DNA of 64,000 nt from NCBI GenBank assembly GCA_030390025.1, contig CM059434.1, forward strand, positions 18,166,001 through 18,230,000. Direction: 5' to 3'. A program made the position numbers and the translations under genes. The notes beneath the pieces were generated by a model. The model ran no database searches and was not told where the DNA came from. It saw only the letters and a program-made list of their open reading frames with translations. The first letter of the stretch is position 1; every line of letters starts with the position of its first letter. Below, one piece after another: positions 49,034-61,535 of the stretch. Source of the stretch: Squalus acanthias (taxonomy: Eukaryota).

Positions 49034-49722
49034 GGGCCGAAATTTGCGGTACCTCTGGAGTACGCTTCCAACCCGAAAAAAATAGGAAAGTACCTGGTAG
49101 CTTCGGAGTCTTCGGGTCCTGGGCGTCCAGGCGTATACCTGCGTAAAGGCCCACGGATCCCTGGGACGCAGGCGGTTTGGAAGCGTCCCTGGGATCACGT
49201 GGATCAGGTCAACCAATTAGAAAGGGGGATTCCTCATAAGCTTATGAGAAATTCCCAAATAAAACACAATTCTAATAAAAATGAATATCCCCATGTTCAA
49301 AATTAATTAAAAGTCCCTTTGATTAAGTATTTAAAATAAAAATTTAATTTTTTGAAAAATAATCGAAACATTTTAACCTGGCCCAAAATGTATATGAACT
49401 AATTTTAAATGTTTTTGTATGTTTTAATCTTTTTAAAAATTTTAATTATAACATTTATTTTAACCCTTACGCTCGTATAAGTAGACCCTATGCCTGCTTT
49501 TACCAGGTGTAATGGTTTTGTGGGCACTCGTTGGGCAAGTAGCCCAACTCTGTGCCAGCGAAAGTGTTTTTGGGGCACATGTGGAGGATCGTCAAGGAGA
49601 AACTTGACAGATCGCAAGCTCCGGGTTTCCGCGCATGCAGAAACCCGGAACTTGAGGGGGGGCCATCCTGAGGACTTACGACGGTGTGCGTGTGCCGTCT
49701 TCGGCCTCACAAAATCCGGGCC
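49034..49722. mobile_element. PIF/Harbinger-like MITE, family A
   Basis: Ends gggccgaaattt ... aaaatccgggcc; shares gggatcacgtgg, agcccaactct and ttgacagatcgcaag with the 8060 copy. Confidence 0.75.
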
Positions 49723-50504
49723 AAAATATTACGCTGAGAACAAGAAGCGTGCATAGCGCAGTTCAATCCTAAAATGGCAAAGGGGGTCCTATTAATTTCA
49801 CAGGATCCCGATTTACAATATCTAAATTAGCTGTGCGCACACTATGGTGGTCACCCAGGCCGCCTATTCGAAGGACCGCGGAAAAATGGTGGCGGCAGGA
49901 ATGGAACGGCAAGTTCTTTCACACCGCTTTATGGCACTACTTCCCTGTTTTTCCCGGGTGGGAGGTCTCCAGATCGCTCCCCATATTGCATAATTCTGAC
50001 TAATTTGATGACACAGTGTTTTGATTCAATGTTAGAGTATTACATTATCTTGGAGTAATCACAGTATTTTATCATGAACAATGAAAGGAACAAGTTGCAA
50101 CATCTAATTTTTTAAATATTTTATGAAATGAATCCCAACTATTTGGAAAGTACCATATGTAATTATTCATAGGCGTATACGGGTGTGTTCACGCCACTTT
50201 CAGCGTTGCTTTGCAAAGATAGTGTGTGAGCTACTTCAGTGGCAGATTGAATCAATCTCTCAATCGGACTTTGCACCTCCCACTCCCATTACCCCCACCA
50301 CCACCCACACCGTCCCCCCTCCCCAAATCCTCAAACCTTGTGGTTTCAGCCAAATTGCAGATGTCATACCATAGTTTAAACATGATCTTCCACAGTTTGG
50401 GTCTCAAAAGAGAAAGGATACAGTAGCTGAACGGTTAAGCTACTTGTTATCCAGCAGCTTTCATGGTTATTTTTTTCCGGTAATGTGCGGGCTGGCACCA
50501 CAAA

Positions 50505-50730
50505 GAATGATCACGAATCCTACTGGATTGTCGTAAGAACCCAACTGGTTCATAAATGTCCATCAGGGAAGGGAACCTGCCACCCTTACCTGGTCTGGCC
50601 TACATGTGACTTCAGTCCCACATTACATCATTACATGGTTGACTCTTAATTCACTTAGAGAAAACTAGAGATGAGCAATCTCACAACTTGGAATGTTGCC
50701 CACACATCCCAAGGGCAAATTTAAAAAAAA
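50505..50730 (+). mobile_element. SINE-like fragment with an A-rich tail resembling the 42626 LINE tail
   Basis: ggattgtcgtaagaaccc...ccttacctggtctggcctacatgtgact...cacatcccaag followed by an A run. Confidence 0.5.
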
Positions 50731-50929
50731 AAGACTGAGGAGGAAAAAAATGTTAATAATATGTAAAATCATTCTTCAATCACTTATTCCTAAGGATATT
50801 GTTAAAAATATTTTAGTGTCTTCAAAATTAACCAAACTGTTATGCGCGCATGCATTGTGACTCCATGACGTCACCACACAGACGCCTGAGCACCACAATG
50901 CTTTACAAATTAATTTGAAACTCAGGTCA

Positions 50930-51688
50930 GGCTTGTGGCAAGTGCCTACCCTTGTGTGTTGTTAGTTGGTATGATTGGACTAGGTTGAGGGTGAGTGTTG
51001 AGGGGTGGCTAGTGAGATGGGGAAGTGATAATGTAGATAGAGAGGGATGGGTGGAGGTGCAAGGTAACTTTGTGTGAGTAAGGATGTGCAGGAGTAGGGT
51101 AGGGAAGGCAGAGGGGATGTGATGAGAAACACAGCAGGATGAGGTTGAGTGTGGCTTTGCAGTAACATTTCGTGATCTACTAAGATCATTTAAAGGTTTG
51201 CGTCACTGCAGCCTGGTCCTCCTGAGAACATCCTTGCTTGTGCCCTCCTGTGCAATGTGCAACCAGGCTGCGTTGGTCTCCTGGGGAGGTGTCTTCCGCC
51301 CATTGGAAGGGAAGAGAACCTCCCTGTGTGCTGTGACTCCCTCCATAAGTATATGGAGGGAGTCATGGGAGAGCCTGGGTGCAGCCATGCACCTCTGTGC
51401 AGTGCTTGTCAGTGTTTGCAGCACCTCAATGCTGTAGAACACTGACAGCACAACTGTCAAACTAAATTTGCGCATGGTCCCTTTAAGGAAACCGGCTGAT
51501 GACGCGTCATCAAATGACATCATCAGACCCGCTTCCTTCAATTGGCAGGGAAGCTCGCTGGGCGGGCTTAACCAGCTCAATCAGGGGAAAGTCATGCCGG
51601 AGGCCGGGATGGAGCCAGCAGTGGGGTCGGGACCCGCCACCGACGTCGCCCCACCCACGGACCCGCCGAGGTAGGGAAAATCGCGTCC
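50930..51688 (-). mobile_element. Harbinger transposon left-end fragment with a decayed Myb/SANT-like ORF
   Basis: Terminus ggacgcgattttccc on the minus strand; translation AAPRLSHDSLHILMEGV...VLFP...AWLHIAQE...RTRLQ*RKPLNDL. Confidence 0.75.
51180..51389 (-). pseudogene. Myb/SANT-like (trihelix) DNA-binding domain remnant, Harbinger second ORF
   Basis: Spacing matches Myb_DNA-bind_5/NAIF1-like domains (W..IA.E.....R...Q.RK..NDL); premature TGA where QCRK is expected. Confidence 0.7.
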
Positions 51689-53499
51689 TTAATGTCTGAC
51701 TGTGAATTGAGTTTGAGGGAGTAGCTTCAGTCGAAATAGGAGCCAACTGCAAAACTTGACTGACATCCGCCAATAGTAATTACAGAGCTGAGGGAGTGTG
51801 GAATTAATACTTGGTGGTGAAGTGAGTTTATTACAAATTTGGGTATGCTGTTGATACTTTCTAGGATTCAATGACGTCAGCCTCTCCCATAAGTAGTCAG
51901 AGCATCTTACTCTTATAGGTGCTCACTCGCAATGCCCTGTATCTAATTGTACAATCAAGAGGCCTAGGGTTTAACAGTGGGACCCCCAGGTGACCAGATA
52001 TCTTCGTCCTTTACACATGTATTCCTTCAATTTCTCAAAGACGACCGACTTAACACTGGATGAGGTGAAGCTTGGTTCAAACAGTAAAGATGATTTATTC
52101 CACAGTGAGGTTAAAGTATAGAACACTAGTTATAATCATGTTTACTTAGTTCAATCAATACAACCTATTTCCCCATAGTAACATCAAAATAATAAAGGGG
52201 CTATACTACCCACTTCAGTGAGTCACCTTGTTTGACTTAAGCGGACTAACTCCTCTGCATTTTGATTTATTGATCTTGCATCTTCCAGGGCCTTTCGCTT
52301 CAGCAGCCTCTCTCTTGCCAAAACTAGACTACATTTTAAGTGTCTCAGTTCTAATCCTCCTCCTCATAGAGAGACAGAGCTTTTCCCAACATTGGGTGAA
52401 CTGTGTTTTCTGATGACCCAGACAAGCTAATGAATCATTCATTTCGTGTCTGGGAGAAACAATTTCTGTTTAGTACCCTTTGTCCGGGTGCTATTATTTG
52501 TTTTAACTTGTGCAACTACACATTAAACCCAGCATTAAAAGTGGCACTTTTACCAAATCCTTTCTCTGGAAAAATGTCAAAACAATTGTGAAAAGTTGTT
52601 TAGACTACTTATACAGGTGGTGCTTAAAACCTTTAATTTTTAATTGACTATATTCCTTTGACACAGGATATTTGATGGTCCTCCTCTTTTCTCAGTCTGT
52701 CCCTAATTTAAACCATTTATATCAACTTAAATTAATTTACAGCAACAGTGAATTGGGTTCCATGTTTTGTCTTCTCAGTTTGTGTGGGGTTCGATGGCCC
52801 TTGGGACCTTTGCCTCTTGGCACATAATTGTCTCTGCTGCCGTTCTTTTAACACTGAGTTGGGACCTCTGTCTTGGTTTTCTTCCCCTCACAAAAGTTGA
52901 ATAACACCCACTCTCAGCAATGATAACAGATCCTGAATATCAAGAAGTGCTTTGAAACTGCTTATCCATATTCAAGTCTATGCCCTTTAAGTTCTTGAAC
53001 GCTACAAATGGGTCAGTGTTTGTGTGTTTTAACCCAAAAACTGACATGTAAATTCTCTTTACTTTAAAGGTAAGATCTACGATCTGTTTGTTCAGTAAGG
53101 CACAATGGTGCATGTTGACAGTGTTCAGAGAAACAAAAGGTTTCAGTGTTTGTATGAACTTGTGTAGCACTCGTATTCCGTGTCGGTGTTCATTCTAAAC
53201 ACACCATCAAAAGTTGCCAAACAGCAATGTTTCATGCTCCTGTACTATTCCTAAGCTGGCTGCTGGGAGGTGTCCCTAGATTTTGTCTTCTGCTCAAAAC
53301 CTCCATCTTGCAACATGGCTGAGATCAGCAACTCATTGTATAAATGAGGCAGGGGGCGGTAACTTTTAACATATAGGGCAAAAATAATGGTTGCTGGTTG
53401 AAAAGATGGTGCCATAATATCTGAAGCTCTTTTAAACAATTGGGTATCAAATAACTGCAAGTACTGAATTGAGTGTGCGGGAGTTGGAGAACAATCTTG

Positions 53500-54912
53500 T
53501 ACTGAAGGGATAATTACTCGTCCTAGCCCTTTTCGGGCTACCCCAGATCAGCCGTATTCCCCAGATGTTCACCTTCAACCAAAGTTAGAGATAGCCGAAT
53601 TCTATAAGACGCTTAATTGGGTCTAAAGGTCCAGGCTATCTTTCCCGAAAGGAAAGGAACGACTTGAAGATGTTACCGTCCTCCGGATAGCACTTTTAAT
53701 AAGTTTAACTAGACTGTAACCATCCGGATATTATGAGGGTCCGGAAACCCCCCCCAGAATTCTGCAACTCCTCACAAAAGAGTGTACAGAAATTGAGTTC
53801 GCGAGTTTGATACAGAAATACTATGTGAGACAATTCTAAAAATATATAGATTTATTAAAGAACCGACATGCAGCTAACAGTTGGTGATTCAATCGCAACT
53901 TTAACAGTTCAAAATACAAATAGCTTACATTTCTTATCAGAGATCCTTATTCTCAAATCTTAACTTCGTTACATTTTTATATTTCTATTTATTCTTAATC
54001 CAGAATATCCACCAAAATCAAATAAAAGTACCTTTGATCCCCGAGACTCAAAGAGTTAAAAACTTACAGAGCTTGCCTCTGAAGTTGAGAATCGCTTGCC
54101 CCTTCCAGCGACTTCTGACTTCCTATCTGAAAGCTCTATATTTTATACTCTTTTTTCAGTGGTATATTCTTTGAAGTTTTCTGCTGATGTAAGCTAATTA
54201 TCTCCTGTCATATTTCTGTTGACTTCTTTCTAATCTTACTGCCAGTTCAGCTGCTGCATGTATAATTATATCTGCTGTGTAGGTGTTTCAAAACTTATCA
54301 TAAAAAATGGTTATAACAGATTTATCTATTTGATGCCATTCTTACGAAGGTCTTCTATTAAATTCTTAAATCACTTTAACTGGTTGAAAGCAGACTTCTG
54401 CCTCCGTGTGTTCCAAGTTCAACACATAAACAATGTGATTGCTTGGTGCATCTATTGATGTCATATTTACAAAGTCTTTTGTTTGTATCTTTTACAACAT
54501 GTAAATTTAAAAACACTTCAACCGAGTACTTGATTGTTTCCCCAGCCATCTTAGTTGGACTATATTACAAACTTATGTCTCCTGTCTTTCATTTGATGTT
54601 ACTTTTACAAAGGCACATGGTTTTTTAATGTTCTGTGTTTCTATTCGAAGTGTTAGTTTTTAACACTTTAAACTGGGTATTGGTATTGTGTTGGTTCCAA
54701 ACTGCAGACTTCTTGGAAGAAACTCTTTGCTTCTTCTATAGGGCCATTGTTTTAGTATTTACAACCAATTCCCATTTCAAAAGCTTGTATGGTGTTTACA
54801 GCTTTGTGACTCATCTTATCTCAGAAGCCTGTATTTACAGCTTTGTGTCGTTGAGGCTTTTAGATTTTTAAACCCAGTTTGTCATGTTTTAATAAAGTCA
54901 GAATTCTGTTCA
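53500..54912 (-). mobile_element. Possible solo LTR
   Basis: On the minus strand, TATAAAA near 54140 then AATAAA near 53851; CpG-retaining end; TG/CA-type ends, but no TSD found. Confidence 0.35.
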
Positions 54913-55028
54913 TAGGATGGTGTATTTTTCTGAATAGGTATGGCTCATTCCTTTACGGTACGACTGGTATCGTGACGCAATTTCCTGTATGAGTTTTATC
55001 AGAACCCCTATGTGCTTTTGTCACACAG

Positions 55029-55112
55029 GCTCACCTGGTAGCGGCCTTTGAACAAAGCCTAGCAAACATGACGGGAAGATTGCAGAGCTTAACTATGACA
55101 GCAGAACAGAAG
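55029..55112 (+). CDS. NAV2: NAV2 coding exon (84 nt, phase 0-0), coiled coil: AHLVAAFEQSLANMTGRLQSLTMTAEQK
   Basis: cacacag acceptor, donor AAG|gtgagt; follows a 24-kb intron in frame. Confidence 0.95.
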
Positions 55113-55610
55113 GTGAGTGTTGTCTGCTCCCTATGTTATGTGTACTCTAATCTATCAAGCTTTTGCTGTATTAAGAAAGCATTGCTTCACTGAGAGGCTG
55201 GCCAGTTTTTGGACAAGCGGAAGTTGTAGGGGCAAGTGACTTCAAGGTTAAATTGAGCAAGTATCTTGAAGAGAACCGTATCATCGTGAACAACTGCTAT
55301 AACAGCAGGAAGCTGGATTGGATATTGTTTCTCATGCCCTTGAGATTTTGGTTGTTTTTATAATTTGATGCTCGCGCTATATCTTTTGATTATACAGCAG
55401 GGAAGTAGAAGCTAATTACCAACTAGACTACCAGGAGTAATACAGTAAAACACTATCCATTTGTGTATATTTTCCACAGTAAACAGTAGTTTGGCTTTGA
55501 GAAAAGCCAGTCGTAAATTAATTACGGCTAACAAGAAAATAATAAAATACTGTTTTTTAAAAAAAACTTGTAATGAACATTTTAATATCTACCATTTTTG
55601 TAATATTCAG

Positions 55611-55722
55611 GATTCTGAACTTAATGAATTGAGAAAGACCATTGAACTGCTCAAGAAGCAGAATGCTGCTGCCCAGGCAGCGATAAATGGAGTCATCAAC
55701 ACACCTGAGCTCTCCTGCAAAG
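55611..55722 (+). CDS. NAV2: NAV2 coding exon (112 nt, phase 0-1): DSELNELRKTIELLKKQNAAAQAAINGVINTPELSCK
   Basis: ttcag acceptor, donor G|gtagga; nearly identical to recalled NAV2 and clearly different from NAV1/NAV3. Confidence 0.96.
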
Positions 55723-56639
55723 GTAGGAAACCAATATTTTCCTGGTGTGTGGCAGTGTTGAAATATTCCTTAAATAATTATTTGTGAGGAAATCCTCCAT
55801 TCATTACATTTACCCACTGTGACTTTTGCCTATGGGATATATGGTAACTGATCAAGCCATTGTTAATGCACAATTGTGATAAATAAGGATTGTAGAAATC
55901 TTTTTTTTAAAAGAAAAGCCACACAGCTCATTAGACACACCCTGACTGCTCGAATTTTCCAATGCAGAAAACCCACTTGGACCACCTTTATCTCCATTAC
56001 GCCTGAGCACAAAACTTATATCTCTCTAATTTGTGCACAATAGAAATTCATTGCAATTAGCAATGTTTTACCCAGATAATATTTGCAGCATTAGGCTTTT
56101 ATTATATTTGCATACCAGTGAATTTGGTAGTAATATTCTAACTAAAGTGAAAAGACAAGTAACACACTTCTGTCACTGATTTTTTTTAAAAAGCCTAGTC
56201 TTTCCCTCCTCATCTTGGGAACACTGAGAATCAGTTCTGCCATTCCTATCATCACCCTACAGTTATTTGCTAACTCAACATAGACCAGCGATCAAATCTG
56301 GTTCTTCTCAGCCTGTATGGTCCAGTACTATAGCCTGCATTTACCCATTGAGTTATCAGAGAAGTTCAAAGCTCATTGGTACCTTCAGCAATTGTAAGTT
56401 ATACACTGTTATAAAATACAAGGATTTATTTATTGAGACTTCAAAAACCTCTGCCTAGTTGTACAGTATATTCCTATAACAAATGGAGCCACCATAGCTC
56501 AGTGAGTTATATAGACCAAGAAAATCCCAGGTTCAATCCCTGATCTATGTTTAGTTAGCTGACCTTAGCCAGGACAGCTGAGGAAATGCTGCATTTAGCC
56601 TTAGTACCTGGACTAAAGAAACATGCTGAAACAAGGCAA

Positions 56640-57830
56640 AAGATTGATCAGAGGTTCAAGGAGAGAACTAGAAAGAAGCATAGCTGCAAAGTGAAACCAA
56701 ACAGTAAAAAAATTCTTTCAGTATTGCAATAGCAAGTAGGCAGTCAGAGAAGAGGGAAGAACATTAAAAGATGCCAACAGGCTTGAAACAAAGGTTGAGC
56801 ACAAGATGATAAATATTCTTTAATGCTCACTTCCTCAAAGTATTCCTAGGGAAGACATGAACAATATGCCTTCCCTCCCTCAAAAACTTTCCAAGGCAAA
56901 ATTTAGGACTTTGATGAGATGGAGGTCTGAGACCAGCTGAAAAGGTTAAAACAAATAAATCCCCAGTGCTAAATAGTATTTTTCCCAGAGTGATGAGAGG
57001 GACCAGCAAGATTTGTATGGCATTGGCAATCATTATGAGGGAGTCAATGGACACTGCAGGAGGTACCAGTAGATTAGACACAGATGAATATGGTGCTCAT
57101 ATTCCAAAAGGGTGATTGAACAGACACTGATAACTAAAGGTTAAGGGGTGATTTGATTGAGGATTTTAGGATTTTGAAAGGAATTGATGGGGTAGATAGA
57201 GGGAAACTTTCTTTCTGCTGGTGGGGGAGTCGAGGACAAGGGAACATAACCTTAAAATCAGACCCAGGCCATTCACACATAGGGCAGTTGAAGTGTGGGA
57301 CTCTCTCCCACAAAGAGCAGTAGATGCAATAGCTCAATTAATAATTTTAAATCTGAGAGCGATAGATTTTTGCTAGCCCAGGGTACAAAAGGATATGGAG
57401 CCAAGGTGGGTGGATGGAGTTAAGATGCGGATCAACCATGATCTTATTGAATGGCAGAACAGGCTGGAGGGGCTGAACGACCTACTTCCTGTTCCTATGT
57501 TCCCAACAAAGCCATAAGTCTTACTTCAATTCCATGTAAAATAATGGAATTGATTATCAGGTGTAAACTTGATCATCTGTACAACAACATGTTAGTAAAC
57601 AGCAGTGAACGTGACTTTATTGGGGGAAGTTACTGTCTGACCCGCCTCCTTGTTTTCTTTGAGGAAGAGACAATCCTAGTTAAAGAGGTCTCGGGGTATT
57701 GGAGAATACAAGTCAGAGGAAGTCAGTCAGAAATACCTGGAGTACTGTGCCCAGTTTGTCCCTGAAACAATGGGGCCATTGAAGCCGTTGATTTGATCCC
57801 TAGTGTCAGAGGGTTAAGTTATACCAGATA
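56640..57830 (+). mobile_element. Old CR1-type LINE remnant containing a better-preserved CR1 3' end (57135-57503)
   Basis: aggttaaggggtgatttgattgagg...atggagcc...ttcctatgttcc embedded in degraded RT-like sequence (agtcttacttcaattccatgtaaaataatggaa). Confidence 0.7.
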
Positions 57831-58539
57831 TGGAGTGCACACTTACAGAAAGGAGTACACCCCACCTACTTAAATGCATAGAGCTCAGGTACAGATTGGC
57901 AAGAGCTAACCCATAGGAACTTTCAAATATGTGCAAGTGAACCTAAAATTGCAGTTTCTTAGTGGAGACGACTGGTAAACATCCTGCTGCTTTTAGCCAG
58001 GGTCGCCCTTTCCTTTAGGGCATTTGCTAATAGGAATATCTGGAGACGAATGGGGAAAAATCCCATTCCCCAATGATAAGTCTATCCCATTAATGGGCCA
58101 AGCTAGCTAATCAATCATCAGCAAAGAGACTTGCCTTTCTCCTTTCTCCCTCACCCCCAGGGAATACTAGATGTTATGATAAAGAGGGGGGTGGGGGGCG
58201 TAACTGTAGTCTCAGTCTGGATGGATGAGCTCGGTTGATTGAACCCGCCTGTCTTAGCTGTAACAATTTTTTTTTACGGAGTTCTTTTATGTGTATGTAG
58301 CAAGGCAATAAAAGAGTTTACAGTTGCAACTCGGGGACAAAGATTCATGAGTAATCTAGTAGCTGGCATAGAGCGAGCTACTCATTTGTGTTACGACCTT
58401 ACTATAAACATCTATTAGATTACCTTAATCTAACGTATCAATCAAATGAGGATGTACAATTGTTGTGTAAACTGTGATGAAACGCACTAAGGAATTACAT
58501 GGAGCCGGTTCTGATATCACTGCCATCCCTTCACACCAG

Positions 58540-58685
58540 GAAACGGTACATCTCAGTCAGCAGACCTCCGGATCCGACGGCAGCATTCATCGGACAGCGT
58601 GTCTAGTATTAACAGTGCCACCAGCCATTCCAGTGTGGGCAGCAGTGCAGAGGTGGATTCCAAGAAAAAGAAGAAGAAGAACTGG
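58540..58685 (+). CDS. NAV2: NAV2 coding exon (146 nt, phase 1-0): GNGTSQSADLRIRRQHSSDSVSSINSATSHSSVGSSAEVDSKKKKKKNW
   Basis: caccag acceptor, donor TGG|gtaaat; contains the polybasic NLS-like stretch. Confidence 0.95.
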
Positions 58686-58849
58686 GTAAATCTATGGCTT
58701 TAAACTTTTGAGTGCGCTTTTAAAATCAAGTTTCAATCCACAGTGCCCTGTACAAATTCACATATGCTCCAGGCCAAGCTTGGAAATCAGGAGGATTTTG
58801 TGTTCCCATATATGGTGCAAGGCATCATGTGCACAGTATGTAACAAAAA

Positions 58850-59618
58850 GGGCCAAAAATTGCGGTTATTATTATCATTATCACCCCCCCCCCCCCGCCC
58901 CATCATTATCACCCTCTGCAAAAGGAATATGCACCTACCTGATGGCGGCGAGGCTGCGAAAACTTGGAGTCTGGCGCTGCGAGGCGGAGGGCAGCGTAAT
59001 GGCCCACGGATTCCAGGGACCCAGCCTGTGCGGAAGCGTACCTGGGATCACGTGGACCTGGTCCTCCAATCACAAAATAGAATTAGGTTTTAATCATTTC
59101 CGAAGGGAATCCCGTAATCAGATTTAATGGAATCCCGAAATCAGATTTAATTACAATTTACAGCATTGGAATTTAATTCCTAATTCGCTTCATTCCACCA
59201 ACTTCGCTAAAAATTTTAATTTTTGATAATTTTAGACATCATTAAAACTCTTATATATTTGCAGAAACATTCAAAAACTCATTTGATACAGTGTATGTGT
59301 ATGATTTCCGAGATGAAAATTTTAATACATGCCTGAGGTATCCCCTTACGCTGATGCAAACAGGCCCTATGCCTGTTTTCATCAACCGTAACATTTCTGT
59401 ACGCAATTGCTGGCCAGTCGGTGGGCAAATAGCCCAACTCTGCGCCAGCAATTGCTTTTTCTTGGGCCGTGCGGATGGCCTGTCAACGCATACGTTGACA
59501 GACCACAGGTTCCGGATTTCGCGCAAGCGCATGTAGAAATCCCGAGCTTGCGGTAGATTTCAAAGGAGATATGACGACGTACTCTGTGCGCCGCCGTACC
59601 CACCGCAAAATCTGGGCC
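58850..59618. mobile_element. PIF/Harbinger-like MITE, family A (more diverged)
   Basis: Ends gggccaaaaattgcgg ... ccgcaaaatctgggcc; contains gggatcacgtgg and aatagcccaactct. Confidence 0.75.
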
Positions 59619-60431
59619 ATTATATTTGATAAATGTTTGTGATGTTCAGCTAAAAGTTCAGATTTTGTTGGTTTCTGACAAAATAGCGATTATATTTTTC
59701 ATCCAGATGTTCTTGGAAGAGGGATTGACTCAAAGTGGAAATCTCATACCTTTGGTGAAAAAAGCTTTATCTCTTTCTGACACGTTGGTGCCAATAAGGT
59801 TTCCCGATTGCCTGCTGGGATAGATAAATAGAGGCAAACAGGCATGATTAGCAAGAGAGAGAAGCAAAATGGAAGAGAGAAAACAAAATTAAAAATAATC
59901 ATTGTATATGTGTGATATTTCCAGAATTGGGGCATGTTTGGTGATATATTGCTGATGACCTCAGATAATCTGCATTGAATACAAATACCAAACTAAGATC
60001 TGGTGAAAATCGGTTACCACAAAATAATTCAGTGTACCCCGCATGCCCTGTTGGCTCGTGGAATGCATGTATCTCTTGGCTTTGTGAATTGCCATGGCAT
60101 TTTAACTGTTACTTCCGTATTATGTCTGCTTTGTTCATTGCACATACATAGCTCAATACCAAGCAAGTACTTCTGCGCAGCTGTCCACAGATTATTCACA
60201 TATTTGTACAAGAAGTTTGGCGTTTTAATCTTCAGCCGTATAAGGGTCTCCGGCTCTTCCCCCCCCCCCCCACCGCCACAGAGTGATACATTGCTGCTCT
60301 GATTTTACCCCACCTCATTGTGGGGGTGCCTCTGCTGTGCCTCTACAGTCACAGATCATTCACCCCAAGTATGTAAATGACCCTATCCACGCGATTTGGG
60401 ACAGGGTCAAAGGCCTGGCCAAGCGGCGAAC

Positions 60432-60782
60432 AGAATCATAGAATAGTACATCACAGAAGGAGGCCATTCGGCTTATTGAGTCTGTGCCAGCTCTTTCAAA
60501 GAGCAATCCAGTTAGTCCCACTCCCCCGCTCTTTCCCCATATCCCAGCAATTTTTTCTCCTTTAAGTATTTCTCCAATTCTCGATTGAAGGTTATTAACC
60601 TGTACCACCCTATCAGGCAGTGCATTCCAATCCTAACCACTCGTTGCGTTAAAAAAAGTTTCCTCATGTCGCCTCTGATTCTTTTGCCAATCACCTTAAA
60701 TCTGTGCCCTCTCGTTATCAACTAATCAGCCATTGGATACAGTTTCTCTTTATTTACTCTATCTAAACAGTTCATGATTTTA
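60432..60782 (-). mobile_element. CR1-type LINE 3' end
   Basis: ITRGHRFKVIGKRIRGDMRKLFLTQRVVRI; agaatcatagaat tail. Confidence 0.88.
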
Positions 60783-61526
60783 GTTATCTATAGCCAACTT
60801 GTTCATATGCTTGCAGGGACTACTGTAATACTTTGTGCCAGGACTTGAGAGCTAAATATGTTAGTTACGTTTGCTGTTTAGGTTATATCCGAGCTCTCAA
60901 ATGGCCGATGTGACATGTATTGAAGATTAGTATTTTGGATCATTAATAGTTCAGAATAGGTTTAGCTACAAGTAATATTCAATCAAATGTTTTAATATTC
61001 TTTTTATGAATTTTTTTGTCTGATAGCAAACATCATCTTGTTGCACATTGTTTAGTTTAGACCCATTCTGTCTGTCAAATGATCATTAATGCTTTCATTA
61101 ATAGCTATAATAAATGCCACTAAAATTTTAGTTGAAACATAATGTTATTTTGATGTATGTATTTTAAGAACCATCCTAATCTTCTCCTGGAAGAGTAGCT
61201 CTGACCAATTGAAATTATGCATGCAGTCCGTGATTCTAATTCAAACAGCAAATCACGTATTTATTCTGCTTCTCTGAATAATTGGTTTACAGCTTAGAGC
61301 TTCCCTTTCTACTTTGCGACAAAGAAATTCCAAAAAAGATCACAAATTTTCACGACACTGTGGAAATCAGATCTTCATTGGTCTAGTTTGCTTTATCACA
61401 AAGAGCCAACCTTGCCATTGGCACTTTGTAGAATTTATTTATCAAATACATTTTTACTTTGTTCAAAATTAAAATTAGTTTGTTGTTTTCTCTTCTCTTT
61501 CCCTGTGCTTGCACACTTCATGGCAG

Positions 61527-61535
61527 GTTTATGAG
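61527..61535 (+). CDS. NAV2: NAV2 9-nt microexon (phase 0-0): VYE
   Basis: Pyrimidine tract, tggcag|GTTTATGAG|gtaagt; matches the W-V(N/Y)E-LRSSF insert of navigator proteins. Confidence 0.85.
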
